Source of the DNA: a virus
Reading direction: 5' to 3' (one strand)
DNA length: 64,000 bases
IMG/VR virus record: IMGVR_UViG_3300028394_000042
The first letter of the stretch is position 1. The number at the start of each line of letters is the position of its first letter. Positions 37,800 through 47,051 of the stretch are shown one piece after another. Made by a program: the position numbers and the translations under genes. Under the pieces are notes generated by a model that made no database searches, had not been told where the DNA came from, and worked only from the letters and a program-made list of their open reading frames with translations.

Positions 37800-38532
37800 T
37801 GCCTGACAGACTCCGGCTAAGCGCCATAACGGCCGCGGCTTTTAACTGCATCTGAGTTGGGCCCGTATACGACGGGTCTTCAAACTGCACCAAGTCAGCC
37901 GGCACCGGTCGGCCGATGTACGACGCAGACTTTGGTTGCTCTGCGGCAAGCCACCACGCGCCCTTAACTGCGCCGGCGTTTGGATCAGCGCCCGGAGGCA
38001 GCGGCCCGCCCGGAGGAAGCGGCCCGCCCGGATCCTGCGGGCCAGCCGGGGCATTTGGATCTTGCTGTGCGCCAGCATTGGGGTCTTGCTGGGGCGGCGG
38101 CGCCATTGGCCCGCCCGGCAATGCAGACTCAGCTGGCGGGGCGCCGTTGCTGCCGGGAGGAAGTACCAACGACTCAGGCGGCACTTGTACATTCATGGCG
38201 TTCATGATCGCCGTAAGCTGCTGCTGCATGTTGTACAGCCGGAAGTCGATCATCTTCATCATGTCTTCAGGCTTGGGTTTCTGCGCTGCAGGCGCAGCCG
38301 CCGGGGCCACTGGCGCAGCAGCGGCTACGGGAGCCTGCGGTTGCATAGCGCTCATTGCGGCGGCATTTGGGTCCATCGGCGGCGCGCCGCCCATCGACGG
38401 ATCAGCTGGAGGTGCCGCGCCGGCCATTGCCGGATCCATTGGAGGTGCGCCGCCCATCATAGGGGGGCCGTCAGCCTGCTTCGCAAAATACGCGCGGGCA
38501 ATCGAGATCAGTTCTGGATTAACGGTGTGCAT
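37789..38532 (-). CDS. Pro/Ala/Gly-rich low-complexity protein between the RNAP genes, about 247 aa
   Basis: Start moved to ATG 38532 (GGAGG); GGAPPMDP, QQDPNA and GGPLPP repeats; K-x-A motifs. Confidence 0.75.
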   Translation of the reverse strand: MHTVNPELISIARAYFAKQADGPPMMGGAPPMDPAMAGAAPPADPSMGGAPPMDPNAAAMSAMQPQAPVAAAAPVAPAAAPAAQKPKPEDMMKMIDFRLYNMQQQLTAIMNAMNVQVPPESLVLPPGSNGAPPAESALPGGPMAPPPQQDPNAGAQQDPNAPAGPQDPGGPLPPGGPLPPGADPNAGAVKGAWWLAAEQPKSASYIGRPVPADLVQFEDPSYTGPTQMQLKAAAVMALSRSLSGNAS

Positions 38533-38554
38533 AGAAACCTCCATGTTGAGCACG

Positions 38555-41500
38555 TCATGTATTATCTTCCACAATATGTACCGGGGTGTCCACTTCTATT
38601 TCCCCGCGGTGATAGGCGTGAACAGCGTCTTTCTTTGTGCGATACACCCGCGGTTTAGCTTTGTTGTTGATCCGACTAGCCGCCAAATACAGGCCAGTCT
38701 GATAATCTTTGTTCGGCACGTAATGCGCTTTGAACGACGAAGCCGAGAATAAATTCTTGCTCGGCAGCATTTTCTCGACGGCTTCTTTTGCGGCGTCTTC
38801 GGTGCTGGGCACGTGATACTGCATAGCGTCGCCGTCAAAATCTGCGCCGAAACCCTTGGTGATAACCGGGTTAACTTCCATGACTTTGTTCTTGGTGAGC
38901 CGCGGATAGAACGCCATCATGCCATACCGGTGCAACACAGGCGCGCGGTTAATCACAATTGGCCGGCTGTTCATTTGCGTGTTCAACTCGTCTGCGGCCG
39001 CTTTGCTCTTGTCAACAACAGCCTGTAACGCCTGCATTCTTGGTAAGCCGCGGCGCACAAGGCCACGCACAACGAATGGCTTGTAGATATCCCACGCTTT
39101 TTCTTCTGGCAAGGCTACTTCGTCCATGTCCAAGTCTGGGTTGGGCGTAATGACAGCACGCCCGACAAGATCGACTGTGCTGCTGAGAAGTTTACGCTGC
39201 ATTGTGCCGTACTTGGGGGAGTTGCCAAATACGTGCGACAGGAAACCTTTTACGTTACGCTCGACGTTTTTGGGCTGCTGCGGATCACCCAACCCAGTCA
39301 CGGCCTTCAGCGAGTCGTATACGCCCAGACGCTCGTCGCTATATTCAGACAGTGCACCAGATGCTTCTTTCAGCGCGCCGTTAGCGTCCAGCAGCTCTTT
39401 GTACAGATAGTTAGCGTCAGCCACGAGCGGTAGTTTCTTGGGGCCCATCGTAGATACGGGCCTGAAGATTGGCGGCAGTACGGGGACTTTAGTCAGCATC
39501 CAGTCTTTCGGATGCACGCCGGTAGCCTGCGAACTCTTGAGGAAACCCAATCGGCGCACAGCCGCGTCACGAAGAGTACTCCGCCCGCTTTTGATATCTT
39601 CACGGGCTTGCTCTATGGCGTGCGGGACGTTTACTTTGGCCAAGGCTTTTTGAATTGCCTGCGGGCCAGTTGAGTCAAACAACGTCGCTTGGCCAGCCAG
39701 TACGCCGCGGAACTGCTTCTCTGTCAGACCCAACACGCGCCTAATCGGGTCTTCCATGATTGGGTTGGGCATTGGCTCGTGCAGCGTAATCTTCGACCAG
39801 CGATTGCCGCCGTGTCCGCCTGTCAGCGCCTCGTCAAACAAGCCGCCCGGAACTGGCTTCATGCGCCCCTTCCAGTCCACAGTCTCAGAGTTCTGGATTT
39901 CGCGCGTACCAGATAGCTGATCGACGTCTTTATCCGTCATCGCCATGATGTTCGTCTTTGTGCCTTGCCGCGTCACGTTGATTCCAGACGCGCGCAGCTG
40001 GCCGACAAACTTCTCGTACACATGCGGGATCTTCGGAAGCGGCGGGGCGTAACCAGCCATAAACTGCGACCAGTAATCAGGATTAGCTTGCCCGCGCACC
40101 ATTTTGGCATCACGGATAACTTTGCCGGCACCGTGAGACAACAGCGCGCCAAGGTCCAGCATGCCGACGCGCTTTGCACCTTCCGAGCCGCCCTTTGCTG
40201 GCGTACCCTCGGCGGTGTAACTTCCCATTGACCGGCCCTGCGCCTTGGATTCGCTGGTGTGGTGCAGCTTCATGAAGAACCGGCTGCCAGTTAACACACC
40301 CGGAATCTTGCGGCCTGTTTCAGGGTCAAACAGGTCTTCTTTGTCAGATAGGCCGTGCTTGTCCAACTCACTCTGGGCAAAATCAATCAGACTGTTTTGG
40401 TTGTCGAAGTCTTTGATCTTGTACGGCTTACCGGTCTTGTCCGCTACTTTACCCAGCGTAGCCTCAATGACCTGCGCTGGATTTACGCGGCTGATTAAAC
40501 CAAGTGGACTAACCAGCACTTCAAATGGGTTGCCGTCTTTATCATGCGGCATCTGGTGATCTGGCACAATTTCGGCAATCACACCCTTGTCGCCAAATCT
40601 ACCTGTGAGCTTGTCGCCAACTTCCATGACCGACTGGTTTTTTACAACAACGCTCACGCCCTTGTCTGTGTGCTCTACGTCGGTAACAACCCCGGGCGAA
40701 TGATGATCCCACGTCACGGTTTCGTCTGTGAAACTACCAGCACGACCGCGATGCACTTTGCCGTACACCGTGTCTTTTTTCTTCGCGACAAGCACAAGGG
40801 GATCGCCGTAGTTAACAGTTGTGCCCTTTTGAATAGCGCCTTTGTCGTCAAAGTTGTCGAGCAGCTTCTTGTCGTACACAGCGGGAAACAAGCTGGTAAA
40901 AGCTTTCTTGCCTACGTGCGTGTTCTCGTCCCATTGCGCTTCATGCTGGTACATGTGCTCGCTGGTCAGACGCTTGGCCGCACTCTCTGAGATCACGCTG
41001 GCGTCTTCGTAGTTCTTGCCTCTAAACGGCAGATAGGCCACGCGCATGTTCAAGCCAAGTGCTGCGCTACCCTTGTCGTCCGTGAAGTTAGACCGCGCAA
41101 GAAGCTGGCCGGGTTTTACAACGTCGCCGGGCTGAACCATCGGCGTCTGGTGTAAAAACGTCTTCCGGTTGTACGGCATGTCGTTGTACAGCTCGATAGT
41201 CTTCTTGTTGCCGTCTTTATCGCGCAGCACAATTCCATCAGGAGACACCGACACAACCTGCCCGTGTGCTTCTGCGCGCGTAGCTCCAAGCCGCGTACCC
41301 ATCTCGTCTTCGTGCGATGTGGTAGGGTCGTCTGCTGTGGCTGATTGGACATGCGGGGCCTGCGCGCCAACGAGCGGCAGTGCTTGGGTGAACATGCGCG
41401 AACCCATGATGACGCGGTGGCCTTTCACCATGGTCTTCATCGGCACCATGTTGCTCAAGCTAGACAGCGTTGAGTCCATGTGCGGTAAGCTGTATTGCGT

Positions 41501-42955
41501 CTCTTCACGCGGCACATACTTCAGCCGGCCGTTGACAAGCGCAGCGACCACGGGCAACTTGTTGTGCTCTTCGCCCGGGAACACAAGCGGCGTGTCGGCC
41601 AGCTCTTGCGGCGTTTTGAAGATCTTTTCGCCGGTTTTGTTATCTATAACGGGCGTATAGATCTTGCCGTCAGCGCCCTTCATGGCACCGCGGGCAAAAC
41701 GCATGTCTACGCCGACTTTTCCGCTCTCTGGTGTGCGGAGATAATCGATGAACCCAAGGTGGCTGGGCTGGACGCTACGTGATTCAGCGGGCACAGCATC
41801 GAGCGACGATATGCCGCCTTCGCCCATGCGCGTAACGCGGGTCTGGTGGTCGTAAATCTCAGCCGGGTTGATTTCTTCCAAGCTCGACCCAAGGCCAGAG
41901 CCAATTAAGGCAGCTTGAATAGACTTGTCGAACACGCTGCTGGGAATGTGGTCTACGGACTTCTTGGCCGTTGCGCGCCACAGAAGCTTATTCAGGCCCA
42001 TGCGGTCTTTGCCAAAACGCTCCGCAATCAGATCTTCAGGGCCAGCGACAGACTGAAACACCATGTTGTCACGGTCGTCTGGGTCTGACTCGCGCCTGTT
42101 CACAGCCAACAGCTTTTTGGTGATGGCTAAAATAGTTTCAGGGTTAATAGTCGTGTGCCCTGTGCCGAGCGTGCGGGTTGTGACTTCGGGATCGAGTTGC
42201 GTCTTGGCAAACTCGGCCATGATTGCTTGCTGCTTGGCTACAGAATCAGCGCCCTCGACTTGTTTGTTCACAAGCCGCTGATAGAGCTTATCCAGCGTGC
42301 CGGCGTCGCCCTTCTCCATATTGACTGCGGTGATGTCGTTACCCCAGTGCTCGCGCAGCTGAGTGTCAGTGACGCCCATTTGCTTGAGCAGCGGCATAAG
42401 CGGAATTTGCGCCTGCCCGATGCTGATCTTGAACACGCCCGTAGCAGGGTCGAGAAAATACCGGTGGGAGCGGCCTTTACCGGGAAGCGTGTTAACGTGC
42501 GCTTCGATTTCGCCGTTGTCTTTTTCGCGGGTAAATACACCGGGGCGCAACCGCATCTGGTGCGCTAGCGTGTACTCGACGCCGTTGTTGACGAACGTAC
42601 CGGAGTCTGTGAGATACGGCACATGGGCAATCGTCGTCTTACGCTGGCCAACTGTCTCGCCGGTTTTGTTATCTATAAGATTCCACGTGCCCTGCATTCG
42701 GCGCGACAACGAACTTTTTGTCAGAACTGCGCGCTTCTGATCAACGCGCGTAAACGTTTCTGGGCCAGCGTAACTAACGTCGGCAAGGTTCAACGAGTAC
42801 AGGTCGTTTTGTACCGGTTTGATCGTCTGTGCGCTTTTCAGCGCCTGATCAAAGATATTCTGCCGCATACCAGACACGTCCCCAAACGCTCGCATGGCGG
42901 GCGCGGGAAGTGGTTGCGGCGGAGTAGTAAGCGGCGGCAGTTCGGGCGCTGGCAT
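38555..42955 (-). CDS. rpoB: RNA polymerase beta subunit fused to the N-terminal (catalytic) half of beta', 1466 aa
   Basis: Beta motifs GTFVNNG, TPESGKVG, NYEDA, GDKLTGRFGDKG, PLGLISRVN, KLHH; then beta' motifs GLFD, VPVLPPIFRP, VDLVGRAVI, NRAPVLH, GADFDGD. Confidence 0.96.
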   Translation of the reverse strand: MPAPELPPLTTPPQPLPAPAMRAFGDVSGMRQNIFDQALKSAQTIKPVQNDLYSLNLADVSYAGPETFTRVDQKRAVLTKSSLSRRMQGTWNLIDNKTGETVGQRKTTIAHVPYLTDSGTFVNNGVEYTLAHQMRLRPGVFTREKDNGEIEAHVNTLPGKGRSHRYFLDPATGVFKISIGQAQIPLMPLLKQMGVTDTQLREHWGNDITAVNMEKGDAGTLDKLYQRLVNKQVEGADSVAKQQAIMAEFAKTQLDPEVTTRTLGTGHTTINPETILAITKKLLAVNRRESDPDDRDNMVFQSVAGPEDLIAERFGKDRMGLNKLLWRATAKKSVDHIPSSVFDKSIQAALIGSGLGSSLEEINPAEIYDHQTRVTRMGEGGISSLDAVPAESRSVQPSHLGFIDYLRTPESGKVGVDMRFARGAMKGADGKIYTPVIDNKTGEKIFKTPQELADTPLVFPGEEHNKLPVVAALVNGRLKYVPREETQYSLPHMDSTLSSLSNMVPMKTMVKGHRVIMGSRMFTQALPLVGAQAPHVQSATADDPTTSHEDEMGTRLGATRAEAHGQVVSVSPDGIVLRDKDGNKKTIELYNDMPYNRKTFLHQTPMVQPGDVVKPGQLLARSNFTDDKGSAALGLNMRVAYLPFRGKNYEDASVISESAAKRLTSEHMYQHEAQWDENTHVGKKAFTSLFPAVYDKKLLDNFDDKGAIQKGTTVNYGDPLVLVAKKKDTVYGKVHRGRAGSFTDETVTWDHHSPGVVTDVEHTDKGVSVVVKNQSVMEVGDKLTGRFGDKGVIAEIVPDHQMPHDKDGNPFEVLVSPLGLISRVNPAQVIEATLGKVADKTGKPYKIKDFDNQNSLIDFAQSELDKHGLSDKEDLFDPETGRKIPGVLTGSRFFMKLHHTSESKAQGRSMGSYTAEGTPAKGGSEGAKRVGMLDLGALLSHGAGKVIRDAKMVRGQANPDYWSQFMAGYAPPLPKIPHVYEKFVGQLRASGINVTRQGTKTNIMAMTDKDVDQLSGTREIQNSETVDWKGRMKPVPGGLFDEALTGGHGGNRWSKITLHEPMPNPIMEDPIRRVLGLTEKQFRGVLAGQATLFDSTGPQAIQKALAKVNVPHAIEQAREDIKSGRSTLRDAAVRRLGFLKSSQATGVHPKDWMLTKVPVLPPIFRPVSTMGPKKLPLVADANYLYKELLDANGALKEASGALSEYSDERLGVYDSLKAVTGLGDPQQPKNVERNVKGFLSHVFGNSPKYGTMQRKLLSSTVDLVGRAVITPNPDLDMDEVALPEEKAWDIYKPFVVRGLVRRGLPRMQALQAVVDKSKAAADELNTQMNSRPIVINRAPVLHRYGMMAFYPRLTKNKVMEVNPVITKGFGADFDGDAMQYHVPSTEDAAKEAVEKMLPSKNLFSASSFKAHYVPNKDYQTGLYLAASRINNKAKPRVYRTKKDAVHAYHRGEIEVDTPVHIVEDNT

Positions 42956-42959
42956 TACG

Positions 42960-43853
42960 TCACCCGATTTGTGATTGGGCAGCCTGCTGCTTTAACGAGG
43001 CAATTTCGTCGGGGTCTACGTATGTTGGCAAAATTCCAGCAATTCTCGCTTTTGACTTAGCAGCGTCTTCAACAGCCTTGGCGTGCGCCCGTTCTTTTGC
43101 GCGGTCGTACATGAGCTTGGCGGCAAGCCCGCCCATACCCAGCCCAGTGGCAACATATGCGCCGCCAACAGCCCCCGGTACGCGCTTGGCTACATCTGTA
43201 ATGTCATTCAGCCATTGCGGCCACGCGACTTTCTCTGCGGCAGCTTTCTCGACAGCCGTGTCGTACACGCCGTCTAAGTTGTTCTTGGCGCTGCGGCCCA
43301 GTAACGCGTCGTGATATTCTTTTTCGGCAGCGTCGATTTCAGCTTGCCGGTTTTGCTGCTTTTTACGTTTGTGCAACATGCTCACAAGCCCAGTCCCGCC
43401 GGCCAATCCAAGCGCGCCAGCGCCAAGAGTAGCGCCTGTACCGAAAGACGACCGAATAATGTTTGGGTCGTACGTACCCGGAGACGTCTGGTCGATAATT
43501 GGGGAAAGCGGACGCAGCAGATCGATAATCTTGGACGGCAGCATGCCGCCAATGCCTTCAGTTATGTTGTCGTAAATTCCGGCAAACTTGGCTGGCTCTT
43601 CTTCTTCCTTGCGCTTCGCGCGCTCGCGGGCAGCCTGCGACAGACTTCGAGCAAGATAATACAAGCCAGCAGCGCCAACGCCAACACCCAGCCCAGTCCC
43701 GCCAGCGCGCAGAATACGGTCGCCCCAGAAACGCTTAAGATCGGGCTCTGTAGGCGCGCTAGCGCCGGATACAGCGGGTTTTGCTGCATAGTTGCCTGCT
43801 TGTGCGCCGAAAGTGGAGTCCATGCCGCCAATTGCTTGCTTCTCTCGCTGCAT
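42960..43853 (-). CDS. Gly-zipper helical protein, putative ejection protein, 297 aa
   Basis: Three G/A-rich hydrophobic segments, each downstream of a K-x-A motif (EKQA, AKFA, EKVA). Confidence 0.65.
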   Translation of the reverse strand: MQREKQAIGGMDSTFGAQAGNYAAKPAVSGASAPTEPDLKRFWGDRILRAGGTGLGVGVGAAGLYYLARSLSQAARERAKRKEEEEPAKFAGIYDNITEGIGGMLPSKIIDLLRPLSPIIDQTSPGTYDPNIIRSSFGTGATLGAGALGLAGGTGLVSMLHKRKKQQNRQAEIDAAEKEYHDALLGRSAKNNLDGVYDTAVEKAAAEKVAWPQWLNDITDVAKRVPGAVGGAYVATGLGMGGLAAKLMYDRAKERAHAKAVEDAAKSKARIAGILPTYVDPDEIASLKQQAAQSQIG

Positions 43854-43865
43854 AAGTGCACCTGC

Positions 43866-44216
43866 TTATTTTGCGGGCGGTACTAGGCCGTATACCTGAT
43901 ACCACTCCATCCAAATACGGTAGTGTTTTTGTTGTTCGTCCCAGTTATCGGTTCGTTTAACGAGCCGATACCAGCCGTTCACTAGTTTATCACTTATGTC
44001 GTCAAACATCGCCTTGTCGACAGGATCCCACAGCAAAAACATACGCGACTTAAAATCGCGACGCTCGTCTAGGTTCTCAACCTCTTCTTGTTTCAGGTCG
44101 CGATGCGCAGAGTCGGTCGCCAATACGGGCAGCCCGTCTATTGTGCCGGGCCACTGTAACCGTAAATCGCCGTGCTGCGCGCCACCAATTTCGCCGTGAT
44201 ATTTACTCAGGCTCAT
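43866..44216 (-). CDS. Hypothetical protein, 116 aa
   Basis: Packed minus-strand ORF. Confidence 0.7.
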   Translation of the reverse strand: MSLSKYHGEIGGAQHGDLRLQWPGTIDGLPVLATDSAHRDLKQEEVENLDERRDFKSRMFLLWDPVDKAMFDDISDKLVNGWYRLVKRTDNWDEQQKHYRIWMEWYQVYGLVPPAK

Positions 44217-44219
44217 TTG

Positions 44220-44579
44220 TTATCCTGCTGGGCGGTACAACCGTAACTTATGATTTACCTTGGCACGGGCTGCGTACGCCTTGTACGCTGCGGCTAATTC
44301 TCGTGCCTTAATGTCTTCTTCGTCAATGTCAGGTTCTGTAAGCTTAGCGGCAGTGTGCCCGAGCAGACCGCCGCCTACGGTAGCCAGCGCCAGCGGTGTG
44401 TACGCGATATTGCCAAGCGCATTTGTAACTGTTTGCATGTCAGGCAACCCAAACGCGGCTGTTTTGACATACTGATCTGCGCTGGTAATCCGGTGAGTTA
44501 ACTCGTCGCCAACAAGACCCTCTTCGGCGCAGCGCTGCAGGAAACCGCGCTTGAAAGCTTCTTTTTCAGTCTCTGCCAT
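44220..44579 (-). CDS. Small putative ejection protein, 119 aa
   Basis: AFKRGFL, VKTAA, then hydrophobic LALATVGGGLLG. Confidence 0.65.
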   Translation of the reverse strand: MAETEKEAFKRGFLQRCAEEGLVGDELTHRITSADQYVKTAAFGLPDMQTVTNALGNIAYTPLALATVGGGLLGHTAAKLTEPDIDEEDIKARELAAAYKAYAARAKVNHKLRLYRPAG

Positions 44580-45073
44580 CAGTAGTCTCCCGGCAAAATC
44601 AGTTTTTTGGGTGGTGCCCCTACTGCGAAATCTGGGGTGGCATACCGGCCTGTGTCTCTCCCCAGTGGTAGGGCGCCGGGCAGCGCTGACTTGAAATTAG
44701 CGCCGCTGGCCATTGATATCTTACTCTTTCGACCCGGGCGGTGTCGCTTGAACCATGCATCTACGGCCGGATCATCGCGGTCGCCTTGCTCTTTGGCTTC
44801 CCGGGTGCAGGCAATCATGTTATCGATTGCCTGTTGTAACTCCATTCGGTCGGCGCTCAGCCAGACCGCTGCAGATGGATTATCTGCTGCCATTACACGC
44901 ATGCGCTGCGCTTCCTCGCCAATGGCTTGGGCGCGCAAAAGAAACTCTTTACGCGTCAACACGTAAAACTCGCCTGTCTCCTCGTCATGCAAACAGACAA
45001 AGCCGTTCTGGGCGTAGAATTTCAGGCCGCGGTACGTGAAGCACTTACCCGTAACCGTCTGCAGATCAGGCAT
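44579..45073 (-). CDS. Hypothetical protein, 164 aa
   Basis: Stop overlaps the start of the next gene. Confidence 0.7.
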   Translation of the reverse strand: MPDLQTVTGKCFTYRGLKFYAQNGFVCLHDEETGEFYVLTRKEFLLRAQAIGEEAQRMRVMAADNPSAAVWLSADRMELQQAIDNMIACTREAKEQGDRDDPAVDAWFKRHRPGRKSKISMASGANFKSALPGALPLGRDTGRYATPDFAVGAPPKKLILPGDY

Positions 45074-45106
45074 TTAGCACCCGTAAAAAGATAAGATAAC
45101 CAGCCG

Positions 45107-45460
45107 TTACTTAACGATTGTGCCGGACTTTGTGATTGTTCCGGTGGTAACAACCGGCAGTGGCCGCTCCTGCAGTTTCATAATCGGCGCGGTGCCAGAC
45201 GTACTCTTAGGGCGATAATTGGCGCACTTGGTCCAGCCCTGCCCGTCGCCGGACGGCACTTTCCCTGTGCCGCCGCATGTCAGGCAGTCCTTGTGGTCGA
45301 CCTCCGGGTTTACTGGCCCGACGGGGGCCAACGGCGAGCCATGAAGTAAAGCAGAGTAAGAAACCTCTGCAGCGACCAACCCGATAACGTCTTTTTGGGT
45401 CGGCTTCGCATCTGGCACCACCGCAACCGGAGTGAAAAACAGCATGAGCCACTCAAACAT
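45107..45460 (-). CDS. Small protein with hydrophobic N-terminus and CxxCxGxG motif
   Basis: AAGGA RBS before MFEWL; CLTCGGTGKVPSGDG..KC. Confidence 0.6.
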   Translation of the reverse strand: MFEWLMLFFTPVAVVPDAKPTQKDVIGLVAAEVSYSALLHGSPLAPVGPVNPEVDHKDCLTCGGTGKVPSGDGQGWTKCANYRPKSTSGTAPIMKLQERPLPVVTTGTITKSGTIVK

Positions 45461-45496
45461 GTGTTGTCCTTTTGCGATTACTGCGACACGTTCCAA

Positions 45497-46525
45497 CTAT
45501 ATGTTGCCGAGAGCGCCATAACTTTTCAACTTCTTTGGCGGCCAGCCGTTAACACCAGACATCGCGATCATATACCGATTTTTGATATCCGCCCACCGTA
45601 CCCAGAATGCGCCAACAGGAATATCAATAATAGTTCCGAAGATACGGCGCCCGCCGGAGTTCCAGTCGCCCCAGCTCTGCTGCAGCAACACAAGCGGCCC
45701 GCCGTAGAGTTTAATGATTTCTGGCCTGTCGTCTACAGCAAGATACGCCATCGCGTGAGCCCAGCCAGCACGAGTGCGGGCCGACACGCCATTAATGTCG
45801 CGCTCGTCCGAAAAACTTTCACCGCCGCATGAACTTACGCAGTAGCCGTTCGCGAGTAAGTCGCGCAGCACTTCGTACGACTCGACTTCGGTGATTGTCT
45901 GAACAAGGTGGTCTTTGCCGACAGCCAACCAAGTTTTAGGGGGCTCTTTTGAGCCGTAAATACCAGCGTTCTTCGAGCTGTACGACGTAAAATCGACGTT
46001 GATTTCAGGGTATTCTTTGCGCAGCCACAAGCCGCTCTCGTTCAGCACTACAGCTGCAGCTTCAGGACACGACCAGCCGTCGCCGCCGTGCCGGCGCCAA
46101 TTGTAGATCGCCTCTGTAGACAACACGCCGGAAAGAATACCGGCGGGGCTAACTTCAGGCGCGCTTTCAAGTTTACCCGTCTTCGGGTCGGGTACGCCGC
46201 TGGTAATGTCGCAGCACATGGTGCCAAGACACGCATTACGGGTTGACCAGCTTACACAGTCGCCGCGACCTTGGGCTCCACCCGGGAGGCAACCCGGGTA
46301 GAGCTTCAAGATCTCAAGAACTGGCAGGCTCAACTTGCCCTTGCCAGTTTCTTCCAAGTTATATGCCGAGCACGCCATTGCGCCGTCGGGAATACCGCCG
46401 GCCGCACTGATCTGATCGCGCAGTTTTTCAGCGGCTTCTGGGTTGCTACGCGCCCCCACAAAGCCCTTTTCGTACGCTGCCTTAACGTCGTAAACGCTTG
46501 TAAAAAACTGCTCTTTGTCGTCCAT
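45497..46525 (-). CDS. Papain-like (C1-type) cysteine peptidase, 342 aa
   Basis: QGRGDCVSW (Gln, Cys), WAHAM (His), QQSWG (where papain has NSWG). Confidence 0.75.
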   Translation of the reverse strand: MDDKEQFFTSVYDVKAAYEKGFVGARSNPEAAEKLRDQISAAGGIPDGAMACSAYNLEETGKGKLSLPVLEILKLYPGCLPGGAQGRGDCVSWSTRNACLGTMCCDITSGVPDPKTGKLESAPEVSPAGILSGVLSTEAIYNWRRHGGDGWSCPEAAAVVLNESGLWLRKEYPEINVDFTSYSSKNAGIYGSKEPPKTWLAVGKDHLVQTITEVESYEVLRDLLANGYCVSSCGGESFSDERDINGVSARTRAGWAHAMAYLAVDDRPEIIKLYGGPLVLLQQSWGDWNSGGRRIFGTIIDIPVGAFWVRWADIKNRYMIAMSGVNGWPPKKLKSYGALGNI

Positions 46526-46546
46526 GACATGTCTCCGGCAAAAAGA

Positions 46547-46894
46547 TCAATTGCTCTCGGTCTCGTCGGCAACAGGTGCATCGGCTACGACATTCTCGCT
46601 GACCAGCGTCACGGCAAAACCACCGGGCTGGGCAGGAGCAAGCGTGTCCTCAGCTGTAAACTCAAGCGTGGCAGGCACAGACTTGTTGCCAACATCGTCC
46701 ACATCAATCAGCGACAGCACAACCTGCGCACCCTGCGGAACTTCAATCGCACCCAAATTAGTAGCCGTGCCGGCCAGCACAGTTGCGGGCTGCTCAACGC
46801 CATTCACCGTCACGGTCAGAACGCGAGACCCAACGTCTGCATCGACCGGGGGCGCCACAGAAACGTTATACGTATACGTCAGAACATTTGCCAT
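46547..46894 (-). CDS. Small Ig/FN3-like acidic protein; may have a longer membrane-anchored form from 47050
   Basis: AAGGAG RBS; VDDVGNKS...DTLAPAQP pattern. Confidence 0.6.
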   Translation of the reverse strand: MANVLTYTYNVSVAPPVDADVGSRVLTVTVNGVEQPATVLAGTATNLGAIEVPQGAQVVLSLIDVDDVGNKSVPATLEFTAEDTLAPAQPGGFAVTLVSENVVADAPVADETESN

Positions 46895-47051
46895 AGAATC
46901 ACTCCTTAATTGCACCACTCTCAACCCAAACGGCGCGGACACGCCGCTGTTCGTTTCACACAAAAAAATGTACGACGCGGTCAGCACAAAAATACAGAAC
47001 AGTAAAATAACCAGACCTGTCGGCGATAACGCCACCCCAAGCGTCGGCATG

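Noticed and set aside
34517-42955. Host chromosomal rpoBC locus
   Set aside because: No ribosomal-protein neighbours, highly divergent, unusual split, and embedded among virion genes.
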